From contig OZ240248.1 of NCBI GenBank assembly GCA_965198235.1, forward strand, positions 1,696,001-1,760,000: a DNA stretch of 64,000 nucleotides, read 5' to 3'. The position numbers and the translations under genes are program-made. Below are positions 10,050 through 20,421 of this stretch, piece after piece. The notes beneath the pieces are model-generated. The model was given only the letters and a program-made list of their open reading frames with translations. It searched no databases and was not told where the DNA came from. Source of the DNA: Candidatus Poribacteria bacterium (GTDB lineage: Bacteria > Poribacteria > WGA-4E > WGA-3G). Each line of letters begins with the position of its first letter. The first letter of the stretch is position 1.

Positions 10050-11699
10050 TTCCTCGTAGTTGTCCGGGAGGTCGTTTTCAAAAAGGACAACATCACCGGC
10101 TTGCACTTGTGTTGCTAAATGTTGTTTGACTTCTTCGAGGTTGAGTGTGACAATGATTTGCTGGCTCGGATAGTGGACGGCTTTCAAGCCGTCTAAAATC
10201 GGGGTAGTCCGCTTGGGTCCCACTAAAATAACCAAATCACAGACATCGGCTGCGTGTTCTCCGAGACGCTTATTTTCTTCGTATTCCCTTTCGCCGAGTT
10301 CTACCATCCCAGGTGTCACTAACACCTTTTTACCACCTTGGATCTCGGTGAGGACTTCAAGAGCCGCTTTCGCGCCGACTGGGTTCGCGTTGAAGCTATC
10401 GTCAATGATGGTTACGTTGCCTTCACTGGAGGTCAATTGCAAGCGGTGTGGAACAGGTTCAACGTTAGCGATTGCTACCCGAATTTCCTCAAGCGTCATC
10501 CCACATTCTGTTGCAACTGCCGTTGCAGCGAGAATGTTGGATACGTTATGCCTGCCCAAAAGTTGTGCCCGAATTTCTGCCGTCCCGACAGATGTGTGTA
10601 TTGTGAAAGCAAGACCTTCGTCGGTGTGTTGAATGTTCGTGGCAGTTAACTCGGCACGCTCAGCAGCCGAGGCTATAGGAAATGGTTCCGTCGCGTACCG
10701 GCGCACTGGGTTGCCATCATGCTCCCGTTTATCGGCAAGTCCAGCGCAAATTTCATTGTCGCAATTGAAGACTGCAAGCCCGCCCGGTGGGAGTGATTCG
10801 ATCAACTCATATTTCGTTTTGGCAATATTCTCTATGTTTTTGAATCGTTCTAAGTGCTGTGGTCCAACAGTTGTGAGAATGCCGATTTGGGGGGATGCTA
10901 AGTTACACAATTCTCGGATGTCGCCACGTTTGTAAGCCCCCATTTCAACGATGAATATCTCATGTTCGGCGGTAAGTTCCCCGCGGATGACCTTGCAGAT
11001 ACCCATTGGTGTATTGTAACTGTCGGGTGTCATCAATGTGTTAAATTTTTGGGACAAAATCTGATATAGAATATATTTAGTACTCGTCTTGCCGTAACTT
11101 CCTGTGATCCCGACAACTTTGGGCTGGAACGTTTTGATTCGCTTTCTTGCTGAAAGGAGATACGTCCCATTTATGGTACGCTCCAAAGGGTAGATAAGAA
11201 AATTAGCAATCGTTAAATTAATGACGGTTACTTCGCTAAAGAGGAAAATTGAAATTCGCCATCGAGGAAACGCCCAAGCAAAAACACTTGTCTTTGCTAT
11301 AAGCACGAGTGTTGTCGCAATGCCAATGAGCAAGCAAATCGAGAGCCCAAACACCCGTTTCGCGCGTGCCGTGTAAACGAGTGGTTTTTTTGCTTCAACC
11401 TTTTTCCGTTGCGTGCTCATATAGATTTGAAACCCTCCCCAAACCAAGCACAGCACAGGAAACAGCCACGTATCGTTATATTGTGGGTAGAACGCGGTCA
11501 GGATGAGAATTCCACCAATAGCGAGAATCTCTTTAGTTTCAAAACAATTCCTCAGATGCTGACGCATCCACTTCAGGTACCGACCCGTCTTATAGCCATC
11601 GAGTTGGAGTATATGGAGCCCCCGCGTAGTCCTGACGACTGCCCTTACTAAACAGGTTAGCGTCGCGAAGTAGAAAAATACAGTACTCATCGTTTCCAA
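10047..11699 (-). CDS. murF: MurF ligase with N-terminal transmembrane segments
   Basis: GITGSYGKTSTK, EMGAY, IIDDSFNANP, TPGMVELG, ENDLPD; about 170-aa hydrophobic N-terminus. Confidence 0.9.
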   Translation of the reverse strand: METMSTVFFYFATLTCLVRAVVRTTRGLHILQLDGYKTGRYLKWMRQHLRNCFETKEILAIGGILILTAFYPQYNDTWLFPVLCLVWGGFQIYMSTQRKKVEAKKPLVYTARAKRVFGLSICLLIGIATTLVLIAKTSVFAWAFPRWRISIFLFSEVTVINLTIANFLIYPLERTINGTYLLSARKRIKTFQPKVVGITGSYGKTSTKYILYQILSQKFNTLMTPDSYNTPMGICKVIRGELTAEHEIFIVEMGAYKRGDIRELCNLASPQIGILTTVGPQHLERFKNIENIAKTKYELIESLPPGGLAVFNCDNEICAGLADKREHDGNPVRRYATEPFPIASAAERAELTATNIQHTDEGLAFTIHTSVGTAEIRAQLLGRHNVSNILAATAVATECGMTLEEIRVAIANVEPVPHRLQLTSSEGNVTIIDDSFNANPVGAKAALEVLTEIQGGKKVLVTPGMVELGEREYEENKRLGEHAADVCDLVILVGPKRTTPILDGLKAVHYPSQQIIVTLNLEEVKQHLATQVQAGDVVLFENDLPDNYEE

Positions 11700-11717
11700 T
11701 TTCTAATTTTCCTTAAC

Positions 11718-12470
11718 TTAAAAATTCAAGAAGTTTGCGACAATTCGGCAAAACTGTGGAAACCTGTCAAGGTACGAAAAATGTCCCGCTTCCTTTAGAA
11801 CAACTAATCCTGCGTCAGGTATTTCCTTCTCCATGATTTGTCCGAAAGACACGGGTGTATCCTTGTCGTTTTCACCCCAGATTAACAGTGTTGATGCGGT
11901 TATCCGAGGCAAGAGCGAGCGCAGGTCCTGATTCACGACTTTGACAAGCGTGGCACGCATATCTCCGGCATTCTGGTAGTCTTTGGAGCCGGCACGTGCG
12001 GACATCGCGTCTGCAATGAGAACACCATATTTCCCGCATCGACGGAGCAATTTACCGATTTTTGCCAAACCTACGCGAAGATGGTATTTTGCGGTTCGAC
12101 GCGGTTTGATTCCCGCGCTGTCAACCAAGATAAGTTTATCGATTTTTTCAGGGTATTCCGCTGAGACGATAATCGAAATTCTACCGCCAAAGGAGTGCCC
12201 GATGAAGTGAGCCTTCGGAATGCAAAACTTCTCCAGAAACGCTATAACGAACTGCGCATAGTCGGAGGTATTCCACGCTGTAGGTGGAATCTGACTCTTA
12301 CCGAACCCCGGCAAATCCAGTGCGTAGACTTTGTGGGATTGTGTGAGCCACTCAAAAACCGGTTGAAAACTCGCCGCTTCTCCACCCCAGCCATGCAGGA
12401 GGAGAACAATGTCACCCTCTCCGGCAACCTGATATGAGGTCTTCAGACCGTTAATCTCCGTACTCTGCAT
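11718..12470 (-). CDS. Alpha/beta fold hydrolase
   Basis: LLHGWG, DLPGFG, GHSFGG nucleophile elbow, WGEND, AGHF. Confidence 0.92.
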   Translation of the reverse strand: MQSTEINGLKTSYQVAGEGDIVLLLHGWGGEAASFQPVFEWLTQSHKVYALDLPGFGKSQIPPTAWNTSDYAQFVIAFLEKFCIPKAHFIGHSFGGRISIIVSAEYPEKIDKLILVDSAGIKPRRTAKYHLRVGLAKIGKLLRRCGKYGVLIADAMSARAGSKDYQNAGDMRATLVKVVNQDLRSLLPRITASTLLIWGENDKDTPVSFGQIMEKEIPDAGLVVLKEAGHFSYLDRFPQFCRIVANFLNF

Positions 12471-12477
12471 GTTTTTT

Positions 12478-12572
12478 AAAGGCTATCGGAAACCATCGGT
12501 TCTCCATCAGTTAAGAGGTTTTCGTTTAACGTTCGTTTAACGGAAGTCTTTTTGCTGATTGCTGATTGCCAT
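12478..12572. repeat. F-type heptamer element overlapping the murE 3' end
   Basis: ATCAGTTAAGAGGTTTTCGTTTAA...GCTGATTGCTGATTGCC; encodes the MurE tail MAISNQQKDFR. Confidence 0.7.
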
Positions 12573-14054
12573 TTCCAAAAAATCTGAGGCGATAACCCTA
12601 TCGTCAAAGGGAAATCTTTTGCCATTAATTTCCTGATAATCCTCATGTCCTTTACCCGCGATTACAACAACATCACCGGATTTTGCCGTCGCGATTGCGT
12701 GATGAATAGCGTCGCGTCTCTCTGAAATACACACATACTCGGTATCATGTGGTAAATTTGACGCAATTTGCGCGATGATTTCATCAGGGGCTTCGGTGCG
12801 CGGATTGTCGGAAGTAATCACGCTATAATCCGCAATTTGGGCAGAAATATTTCCCATCTTAGGACGCTTTCCCTTATCCCTATCGCCACCGCATCCGAAA
12901 ACACAAATCAAATTACATTCAGCAACACGCTTGGCGGCAGTCAACACATTTTCTAAACCATCGGGTGTATGTGCATAGTCAACGATGACAGCGAAATCCT
13001 GTCCTCGATCAACAAGCTCAAATCGACCGGGAACTATAGTAGCGGCGAGACCTTCCTGAATTGCTGAGAGCGGACAATCGTAACGAAGCCCAACAGCAAT
13101 GGCGGCAAGGGCATTGTAAAGGTTGTATTCTCCGAGTAATCGTAACTTAGCGGGGATTCGTCCATCTGGCGTAACCGCTGTAAACACCAATCGATTATGA
13201 GAAAAATTAATATCCTCGGCATATAGATCCGCTTTTTCACCAAGTCCGTACATCGTAGGAGGGGTTTGTAACCCCGAAACCTTGCAGGCGTGGGCAATGC
13301 GCTCCGCTACCGGTGAGTCGCTGTTCAAGATCGCAACGCCTTCCTTGTCGAGTTGCTCGAACAACATCAGTTTCGCCTTTAAATATGCTTCCATCGTTTG
13401 ATGGTAATCAAGGTGGTCCTGGGTGAAGTTGGTAAAAACAGCCGTATCGAAGGTAAGCCCTGCCAGTCGCTGCAGTGCTAACCCTTGGGAGGAGGTTTCC
13501 ATCGTAACGTATTCTACGTTGTCCTCAGTAAACTGCTTGAAAAGAGCATGGAGTGCGAACGCATCGGGGGTTGTGAGGGAAGCAGAGAGTGTTTCCTCTT
13601 CGCCTTGGGCGTTTGTGTACTGGTGTCCGACTGTTCCAATGAGTGCTGTTTTCCGCCCGCTTGCCTTGAATATGGCATGTATAAGGTGTGCTGTTGAGGT
13701 TTTACCGTTGGTGCCTGTAATACCGATGAGTTTAAGACGTTTTGCAGGGTTTCCGTGCCAATTGGCGGCAAGTAAGGACATCGCTCGGCGTCCGCAGGGA
13801 ACTCGCACATAGGTAATCGGCTTTTCTTGGGTCTCTATAGTTGTTATCGGTTTTTCACCAATGACAACTGCTGCTCCTTTTTGAAGTGCATCTGGAATGA
13901 AGTTGTGACTATCCACGCTGATGCCTTGATAACAGACAAAAACATTACCGAATTCGACTTTCCGATTGTCACTGGCAACACCCGTAATATCAATATCCAG
14001 CGATCCAGAACTTGTGGTAATGTTAAGCCCACGGAGCAGTTGACGAAGCTTCAC
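12537..14054 (-). CDS. murE: MurE ligase (meso-DAP type)
   Basis: GTNGKTS, TTPD, DHLDYH, VDYAHTPD, GCGGDRD, DNPR, AGKGHE. Confidence 0.97.
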   Translation of the reverse strand: MKLRQLLRGLNITTSSGSLDIDITGVASDNRKVEFGNVFVCYQGISVDSHNFIPDALQKGAAVVIGEKPITTIETQEKPITYVRVPCGRRAMSLLAANWHGNPAKRLKLIGITGTNGKTSTAHLIHAIFKASGRKTALIGTVGHQYTNAQGEEETLSASLTTPDAFALHALFKQFTEDNVEYVTMETSSQGLALQRLAGLTFDTAVFTNFTQDHLDYHQTMEAYLKAKLMLFEQLDKEGVAILNSDSPVAERIAHACKVSGLQTPPTMYGLGEKADLYAEDINFSHNRLVFTAVTPDGRIPAKLRLLGEYNLYNALAAIAVGLRYDCPLSAIQEGLAATIVPGRFELVDRGQDFAVIVDYAHTPDGLENVLTAAKRVAECNLICVFGCGGDRDKGKRPKMGNISAQIADYSVITSDNPRTEAPDEIIAQIASNLPHDTEYVCISERRDAIHHAIATAKSGDVVVIAGKGHEDYQEINGKRFPFDDRVIASDFLEMAISNQQKDFR

Positions 14055-15850
14055 AGCCCCTCTCCTTTCAGCGTCGGGGATTGTTTTGTCACAACAGGTG
14101 AAAAGTCGGAGGACTTTTGAAGTTCAGGTCCGAAGAACTCGGTTTGCTTCAAGTATTGCATTGTTTGGGCAGCGACTTGCTGAAAAAGAGGTCCGGCGAT
14201 TTGTCCACTGAAACGTGCCCCTCTCGGTTCATCAAGCATGACGATTATTGATACCATAGGATTCTCTGCTGGTAGGAACCCCATGAAGGACATGATCTCT
14301 TTTCCTGCGTAGCCTCTACCATGTTTTTCAGCTTTTTGGGCTGTTCCTGTTTTTCCTGCCACGCGATATCCTTCAACACGTGCCCGCCGGCCACTACCAT
14401 CTTCAACCACACCGACAAGTATCTCTGTCATCTGTTTCGCTACTATCGGGCGGATTACCTGTCGAACTTCAATGGGGTATTTCTTTTCAATCACCTTTCC
14501 ACTACTGTCCCGAATTTCTCGGGTAATATGTGGACGGAGGAGTTTTCCACCGTTCGCAATGACGTTTAACGCGCTCACCATCTGAAGAGGGGTCACCATA
14601 ATCCCTTGTCCAAACGGGACGGAGCCAAGGGAATGAGTGTCCCAGTGCTTTACGGCATGAAGACTTCCGCTGTGTTCATAAGGCAGGTCTACACCGGTCG
14701 CTTTCCCAAAGCCGTACTTTTCAATGTAAGTATTAAAGTTCTCATATCCCAATTCCTTCACAACTTTAATCATACCGATATTACTGGATTTGTGGAGGAC
14801 TTGTTCTAAGGTAAGCCATCCTTTTCCCGCGACGTCGCGGATGATTCTACCGTTTGAGAGTCGGTACCGTCCATTCTCGCAAAAGACCGTTGACTCAGGG
14901 CTCATAATACCCTCGTTCAGGACAGCGGAGGATGCAACGATTTTAAAAATCGAACCGGGTTCATACGCAAACCAAACACCGAGATTCCTTTTTGCTTGCT
15001 CGCTCCCGAGCGTGTAATGATTCAAATCGTACGAGGGGTAGCTTGCAAGTGCCAATATCTCTGCCGTTTTTGATGCCAAGACGATGACTGTACCCCGTGG
15101 TGCGTTCCATTTTCGACACGCTGCTGCTAATTCCTGCTCGGCGACGTACTGAATATATTCGTCAAGCGTCAAGACGACACTATACCCATAATCGTCAGTG
15201 GAGTCACCGTTGGTTAACAAGTTTATGGGTTCATTGCGGGCGGCTTCTGCCCGCCGCGCCGCTTGTCGCTGCCTCGCGCTCAAAAGATAATTGTTGTACT
15301 GATACTCAATTCCCTCACCCATATTCTGATCGTTTATATGTCCAATGACTTGGGCGGCGAGTTTCCCTTTCGGATAGGCACGTTGCTGTTCGACTTCGTG
15401 CTTTATACCACGGATGTCTTTCTCAATTGCTCGAATCTCGTCAAGCCGTTCGTAACCCATATCCTTTTTGAGCCACACAAACCGTTTATCCTTGCGGCGA
15501 AGTTGGGTAAGCAATTCAGAGTCGGGAACACCTAAAACCGGGGCAAGCCTGCGAGCAGTTTCACTCGGATCGGTCTTCATATACGTTGGATCAGCATAGA
15601 CGGAGAGGCTGTGACGACTCAGAGCTAAAACATTCCCATGTCTGTCAAGAATTTTGCCTCGTTTTATCGTTGCTGTGCGCGGGGAGCTCCAAGGGTGTCC
15701 AGTTGGTCCTTGGCGTGCCATATCACTGGAGATCTGTACTTTGAACAGTTTGCCAACCAATAATAGGAAACCCACCTGCAGAATAATGAGCACGAAAACC
15801 AATCGGCGAATAGATAAATATGAATTGTTTTTCATGTTTTCCCTATCCAA
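14051..15850 (-). CDS. ftsI: Class B penicillin-binding protein (FtsI/PBP3)
   Basis: RGKILDRHG, EPGSIFK (SxxK), SSN, KTGTAQK; dcw position. Confidence 0.92.
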   Translation of the reverse strand: MDRENMKNNSYLSIRRLVFVLIILQVGFLLLVGKLFKVQISSDMARQGPTGHPWSSPRTATIKRGKILDRHGNVLALSRHSLSVYADPTYMKTDPSETARRLAPVLGVPDSELLTQLRRKDKRFVWLKKDMGYERLDEIRAIEKDIRGIKHEVEQQRAYPKGKLAAQVIGHINDQNMGEGIEYQYNNYLLSARQRQAARRAEAARNEPINLLTNGDSTDDYGYSVVLTLDEYIQYVAEQELAAACRKWNAPRGTVIVLASKTAEILALASYPSYDLNHYTLGSEQAKRNLGVWFAYEPGSIFKIVASSAVLNEGIMSPESTVFCENGRYRLSNGRIIRDVAGKGWLTLEQVLHKSSNIGMIKVVKELGYENFNTYIEKYGFGKATGVDLPYEHSGSLHAVKHWDTHSLGSVPFGQGIMVTPLQMVSALNVIANGGKLLRPHITREIRDSSGKVIEKKYPIEVRQVIRPIVAKQMTEILVGVVEDGSGRRARVEGYRVAGKTGTAQKAEKHGRGYAGKEIMSFMGFLPAENPMVSIIVMLDEPRGARFSGQIAGPLFQQVAAQTMQYLKQTEFFGPELQKSSDFSPVVTKQSPTLKGEGL

Positions 15851-15913
15851 TTAATGTAAATTTGAGCACCTTCCAACAGAGCAAAAAGGGCACCTTAACC
15901 CTAAAAGACTAAA

Positions 15914-16240
15914 CTATTTATCCCAGACTATCTGTGAGGCTTCGGTGGGTTCAACCATTCCGAGCTCAGTCGCGATTTGCCGAATCCTTTGAACACCCGT
16001 TAAGGTTGATTCTTTCAATTCAAGTCGATGAATTTCGTCCTGAATTTGACGCTTCTGCCTCTCGAAAGTAGGCTGTCGTTGCAAAGCAACCTTCTTGGCG
16101 TAAGATGAGAACCAGATGCTGCCAGAGAAGGTACAGAAAGATAGCACCAGAACAATATACGCTAACGGAAATCTCTTTTTCGGTTTTGGGTCTTCTGTAT
16201 TCGTAATGCGTGTCGAATGACTATTATGTAATGTTTGCAT
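15914..16240 (-). CDS. ftsL: FtsL-like cell division protein
   Basis: Small; single TM plus coiled coil ending IATELGMVEP; between rsmH and ftsI. Confidence 0.75.
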   Translation of the reverse strand: MQTLHNSHSTRITNTEDPKPKKRFPLAYIVLVLSFCTFSGSIWFSSYAKKVALQRQPTFERQKRQIQDEIHRLELKESTLTGVQRIRQIATELGMVEPTEASQIVWDK

Positions 16241-16437
16241 TTATTCAACTACCTAAACGGAGTTGGAAGATGGACTCTATGCTTCAATCCTACGTCCTTT
16301 TACAACTATTCCGCACATATTCATTGGGTGACAAAGGCTCTCTTTTTTAAAGGTTGAATACTGTATTTTTAAACGTTGAATGCTGTATTTAAGATACATT
16401 ATAATTGTAAAATTCATCTACTTTCGCAAAGACGAAT

Positions 16438-16502
16438 GGACTTAACCAAAAACCACCGTGAAACGTAGTGGAACGGTGACCAGATTTAATAGTTAGAAAA
16501 TC
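16438..16502 (+). repeat. C-type repeat arm
   Basis: GACTTAACCAAAAACCACCGT-GAAACGTAGTGGA-ACGGTG-ACCAGATTTAATAGTTAGAAAA. Confidence 0.8.
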
Positions 16503-16542
16503 ATTTTTTCGTTCATAGGGCGGGAAATAGAGGCACCTTACG

Positions 16543-17505
16543 CTACAATTTGCGAGCGACGCGCAATTTAGCACTCCGCGCTCGCGGGTTATGTTGAACT
16601 TCAACGGTGTCTGGTAATATAGGACGCTTCGTGAGAATTTCCAGAGATGCGGTGTGTTCGCAAATACAGATGGGCGTTTTCGGTGGACAGACGCACGCCC
16701 GTGCGCATGTCTGGAAACGGTGCTTGACTATTCTGTCTTCAAGTGAATGAAACGTGATTACACACAGACAACCGCCGGGTTTCAAAAGCTGTATCGCAAC
16801 GTCCAAACCCATCGCAAGATTTTCCAATTCGGCGTTGATATGAATGCGGAGTGCCTGAAATACACGAGTCGCAGGATGGATTTTGGATACGCCCTTGGGG
16901 ACGGCTCGCTTGACAATCTCTGCGAGTTGCGTTGTTGTCGCTATCGGTGTTTCTCGTCTCGTCTGGATAATCCGATAGGCAATCCGTTTCGCGAATCGTT
17001 CTTCGCCATACCGTTTGAAAATATCAACAAGGACATCCATTGGACTGTCGTTGACGACCTGCATGGCTGTGAGAGTCGCTTCCCGCTCTCTATTTAACAC
17101 CTGCCGCGCATTCATGCGCATATCTAACGGACCGGGACGGTTAAAACTGAAACCTCGGTGTGGTGCGTCCAGTTGCAAGGACGACACCCCTAAGTCAAGC
17201 AGGATCCCGTCTACAGCATGAACCGAGTGTCTTGCTAATAAGACATCCATTTCAGCAAAATTACCGTTAATGAGAGAACAACGCTCCCCGAAGACGTGTA
17301 ATCTACCTTTTGCGATAGTGAGTGCCTCAACATCTAAATCAATTCCGATCACACGCCCGTTCGGTGCGGAAGTCTCTAAAATAGCAGCACTATGCCCTCC
17401 GAGTCCCGCAGTGCCATCTATGTAAACACCCTCCGGTTTTGGTCTGAGAAAGTCAATTACTTTATCACATAAAACTGATATGTGGTGTGTATTCATAGTT
17501 TTCAC
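16543..17505 (-). CDS. rsmH: 16S rRNA m4C1402 methyltransferase
   Basis: DGTAGLGGHS, DLGVSSLQLD, HPATRVFQALRI, FHSLEDR, NPRARSAKLR. Confidence 0.98.
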   Translation of the reverse strand: MKTMNTHHISVLCDKVIDFLRPKPEGVYIDGTAGLGGHSAAILETSAPNGRVIGIDLDVEALTIAKGRLHVFGERCSLINGNFAEMDVLLARHSVHAVDGILLDLGVSSLQLDAPHRGFSFNRPGPLDMRMNARQVLNREREATLTAMQVVNDSPMDVLVDIFKRYGEERFAKRIAYRIIQTRRETPIATTTQLAEIVKRAVPKGVSKIHPATRVFQALRIHINAELENLAMGLDVAIQLLKPGGCLCVITFHSLEDRIVKHRFQTCARACVCPPKTPICICEHTASLEILTKRPILPDTVEVQHNPRARSAKLRVARKL

Positions 17506-17564
17506 AAGTGACCTATCATTATAAGTAGCAAGAAACGTGCCAATTTATTTTACACTTTGGTTGT

Positions 17565-18531
17565 TCAAGCATCTATCCGATTTTGATAGATAGCCGTCAC
17601 GAGTTCCATCGTCTTGACTGCGTCCGCGAAACAGGTTAACGGTTGCTGATTCTGCTGGATACAGTCAACAAAATGTCTGCTCTCCCCGTAAAATCCATAA
17701 GCCCTATGTGAAGCATCAGATTCTGCGGCTTCTTCAGGGGTGATTTCAGTTGTGCCTTTGGGTGTATGAAGGATGGCGCGTCCACCAGCGTCGGGGTTGA
17801 TATAGGCGGAAATCTCGCGCGCATGCATCTCAAATGTATGGATACGTCCTCCAACTGACCAGTTGGTACAAAGATAACCTGAGGCACCACTGGTGAATTT
17901 AACGAGCGCGTTGAAACTGTTTTCACGCTCGGAGTAGAAACTATTGATGTCGCTCGCGACTGCTTTCACCTCACCACCGCCAAGCCATCGGAGTGCGTCC
18001 ACGGCGTGAATCGCATCACATGTTAGAACGTCTATCACACCGTCGTAGTAGCGTGCGTCCGGTGTGTTTTTGTGGAAGGTTGACATGCATTGAATGATCG
18101 GACCTTGCTTTTCGACTATCGTTTTGACCTTTTGCAAGAGTGGAATAAAGCGACGATTGAAACCTACCATTGACTTACAGTCGTTTTTCTCTGCGGCGCG
18201 TGCCATTTCCTTGGTTTGATGAAGTGTAACACCGGGGGGTTTCTCAATAAAAACGTGGTGCTGCTGTGAGAGACAGTGGATGACGAGCGGGAATAGGTGT
18301 TGCGGCGGCATGAGGATATACACCGCATCGGGACTCGTCTTCTCAAGCATCTGTTTATAGTCAGATAAACGTTTCTTCAATCTCAAAGCGTTCCGCTGTT
18401 GCCTGAAGTTTTGATGGGACCATATCACACAATCCAACAAGATTTACATCTTCACACTCTCTGAGCGACGGATAATGGACACCGTTTGCCATCCCGCCCG
18501 CGCCGATTAGCGCAATATTGATTTTTTTCAT
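17565..18531 (-). CDS. Gfo/Idh/MocA oxidoreductase (one-base frameshift near 18366, probably sequencing error)
   Basis: N-terminus MKKINIALIGAGGMANGVHYP from ATG 18531 joins SDYKQMLE...EKPP...GFNRRF after removing one base. Confidence 0.85.
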
Positions 18532-18557
18532 CTGGAGTCCTCCTAACGAATCTTTCC

Positions 18558-18586
18558 TTGCATATTATAGGAGAGAATGTTAAAAT
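18558..18586 (+). promoter_or_regulatory. Sigma70-type promoter for the hydantoinase B gene
   Basis: TTGCAT-N17-TAAAAT with extended TG. Confidence 0.5.
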
Positions 18587-18644
18587 GCAACTAACTTCTG
18601 AATATTGACGCTACTTACTAACCAACGCAGACATCGACAACACA

Positions 18645-20336
18645 ATGAACGCTGATCCTATCAAACTTGAGCTTTATAAAAATATGCTGACCTCGGTTGC
18701 TGAGGAGATGGGTGTAACGCTGCAGCGTACAGCGTTCTCACCGAACATCAAGGAACGGCTTGATTTTTCATGTGCCGTGTTTGATAACATGGGTAAGATG
18801 GTTGCACAAGCCGCGCATATTCCTGTGCATCTCGGTTCCATGCCACTTTCGGTTCTTGCGGCTATTGCCCATACAGAAATGTTGCCCGGCGATATGATTG
18901 CCCTTAATGATCCATATCGCGGTGGCACTCACCTACCAGATATTACGCTCGTCGCCCCTGTCTTCTCAAATGAGGATATTGTTGAAGAAGAATCAAAAAA
19001 AGTGCGTAGCCTGAAACGAAGTGGAAGGCGGATATACGGAAAGGACTTTTCTTCACACAACCCGACTGAACGAACCGCAAGGAAAATTAAAAAACCTGTT
19101 TTCTTTGTCGCAAATCGCGCACACCACGCGGACGTGGGTGGGATGACGCCCGGTTCAATGCCGATTGCAACGAGTGTAATTCAGGAAGGCATCCGAATTC
19201 CACCCGTTAAACTCATCCGAGGTGGAGAATTGGACACCGACCTCTGGGAATTGATTCTCGCGAATGTCCGCACGCCTGAGGAGCGCCGTGGCGATATGGA
19301 AGCGCAGATCGCTGCGAATCGTGTCGGTGAACGGCGACTACAGGAGATGATGGGCAAGTATGGTGCGACAGAGATTACGGCGTACATGCAAGAACTCTGC
19401 GCGTATGCAAGTCGAATGGTCAGGGCACGCCTTCGGGAAATTCCGGATGGACGTTACACATACACTGATGTCCTTGATAATGACGGCATCACTGATGAGC
19501 CTATTGAGATACGGGTCGCGATTGAGATCGAAGATGATACCGCATTAGTTGACTTCACTGGCACGGCTAAGCAGGTCCAAGGTTCAGTTAACGCGATTTA
19601 CGCGATTACGCTCTCTGCTGTTTTTTATGCTTTTCGATGTATCGCTGGTGCAGACGTTCCTGCCAATGCTGGGTGTTTGGAACCGATCCGAGTTGTTGCG
19701 CCAGGGGGAACTGTTGTGAACGCAAAGTTTCCGGCAGCGGTTGCAGGGGGAAATGTCGAAACATCGCAGCGTATTGTTGATGTTCTGCTTGGGGCATTGG
19801 CGCAAGCGTGTCCTGATCAGATTCCCGCTGCGAGTTCCGGCACCATGAATAACCTCACAATAGGGGGTTATGATGTTTCGCGCGGGAAGGATTTTACCTA
19901 TTACGAGACTATTGCAGGTGGGATGGGCGGGCGCCCAAACCGGGACGGAATTGATGCCATCCATACGCATATGACCAATACGATGAACACGCCTATAGAG
20001 GCAATTGAGACGAACTATCCGATGCAGGTAGCGGCGTATGCGATTCGACATGGGACAGGCGGGGCAGGGAAATTCCGAGGAGGTGCAGGTGTCATTCGGG
20101 CACTACGCCTTCTTGCGAACGCGGAGGTCACCATCCTCTCAGAACGCCGGACGCGGGGTCCTTACGGCTTACAAGGCGGTGAACCGGGAAAACCGGGGCG
20201 TAACTTGCTGATCCGTGATGGCGTGGCGCAGCCCCTCACTGGCAAAGCAACCTTTTCTGCGCGCGAGGGTGATGTTATCCACATAGAAACACCCGGTGGT
20301 GGTGGATATGGGAACAAGGGAACAGCGAACTCCTGA
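18645..20336 (+). CDS. Hydantoinase B/oxoprolinase family protein with an in-frame repeat insertion
   Basis: [49 protein letters not shown]. Confidence 0.93.
   Translation: MNADPIKLELYKNMLTSVAEEMGVTLQRTAFSPNIKERLDFSCAVFDNMGKMVAQAAHIPVHLGSMPLSVLAAIAHTEMLPGDMIALNDPYRGGTHLPDITLVAPVFSNEDIVEEESKKVRSLKRSGRRIYGKDFSSHNPTERTARKIKKPVFFVANRAHHADVGGMTPGSMPIATSVIQEGIRIPPVKLIRGGELDTDLWELILANVRTPEERRGDMEAQIAANRVGERRLQEMMGKYGATEITAYMQELCAYASRMVRARLREIPDGRYTYTDVLDNDGITDEPIEIRVAIEIEDDTALVDFTGTAKQVQGSVNAIYAITLSAVFYAFRCIAGADVPANAGCLEPIRVVAPGGTVVNAKFPAAVAGGNVETSQRIVDVLLGALAQACPDQIPAASSGTMNNLTIGGYDVSRGKDFTYYETIAGGMGGRPNRDGIDAIHTHMTNTMNTPIEAIETNYPMQVAAYAIRHGTGGAGKFRGGAGVIRALRLLANAEVTILSERRTRGPYGLQGGEPGKPGRNLLIRDGVAQPLTGKATFSAREGDVIHIETPGGGGYGNKGTANS
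19003..19094 (+). repeat. A-type repeat arm inside a coding sequence
   Basis: GCCT-GAAACGAAGTGGA-AGGC-GGATATACGGAAA...GAACCGCAAGGAAAATTAAAAAA; homologous to intergenic 59176-59265 (-) and 45424-45488 (+). Confidence 0.75.
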
Positions 20337-20421
20337 ACTGGTGTTTTTATAATATTCATTCCAGAAATGTTGGGAAATCGGTGTTCGTCTCCAATGTCAT
20401 ATTCCCAAACAAAAATGAAGA

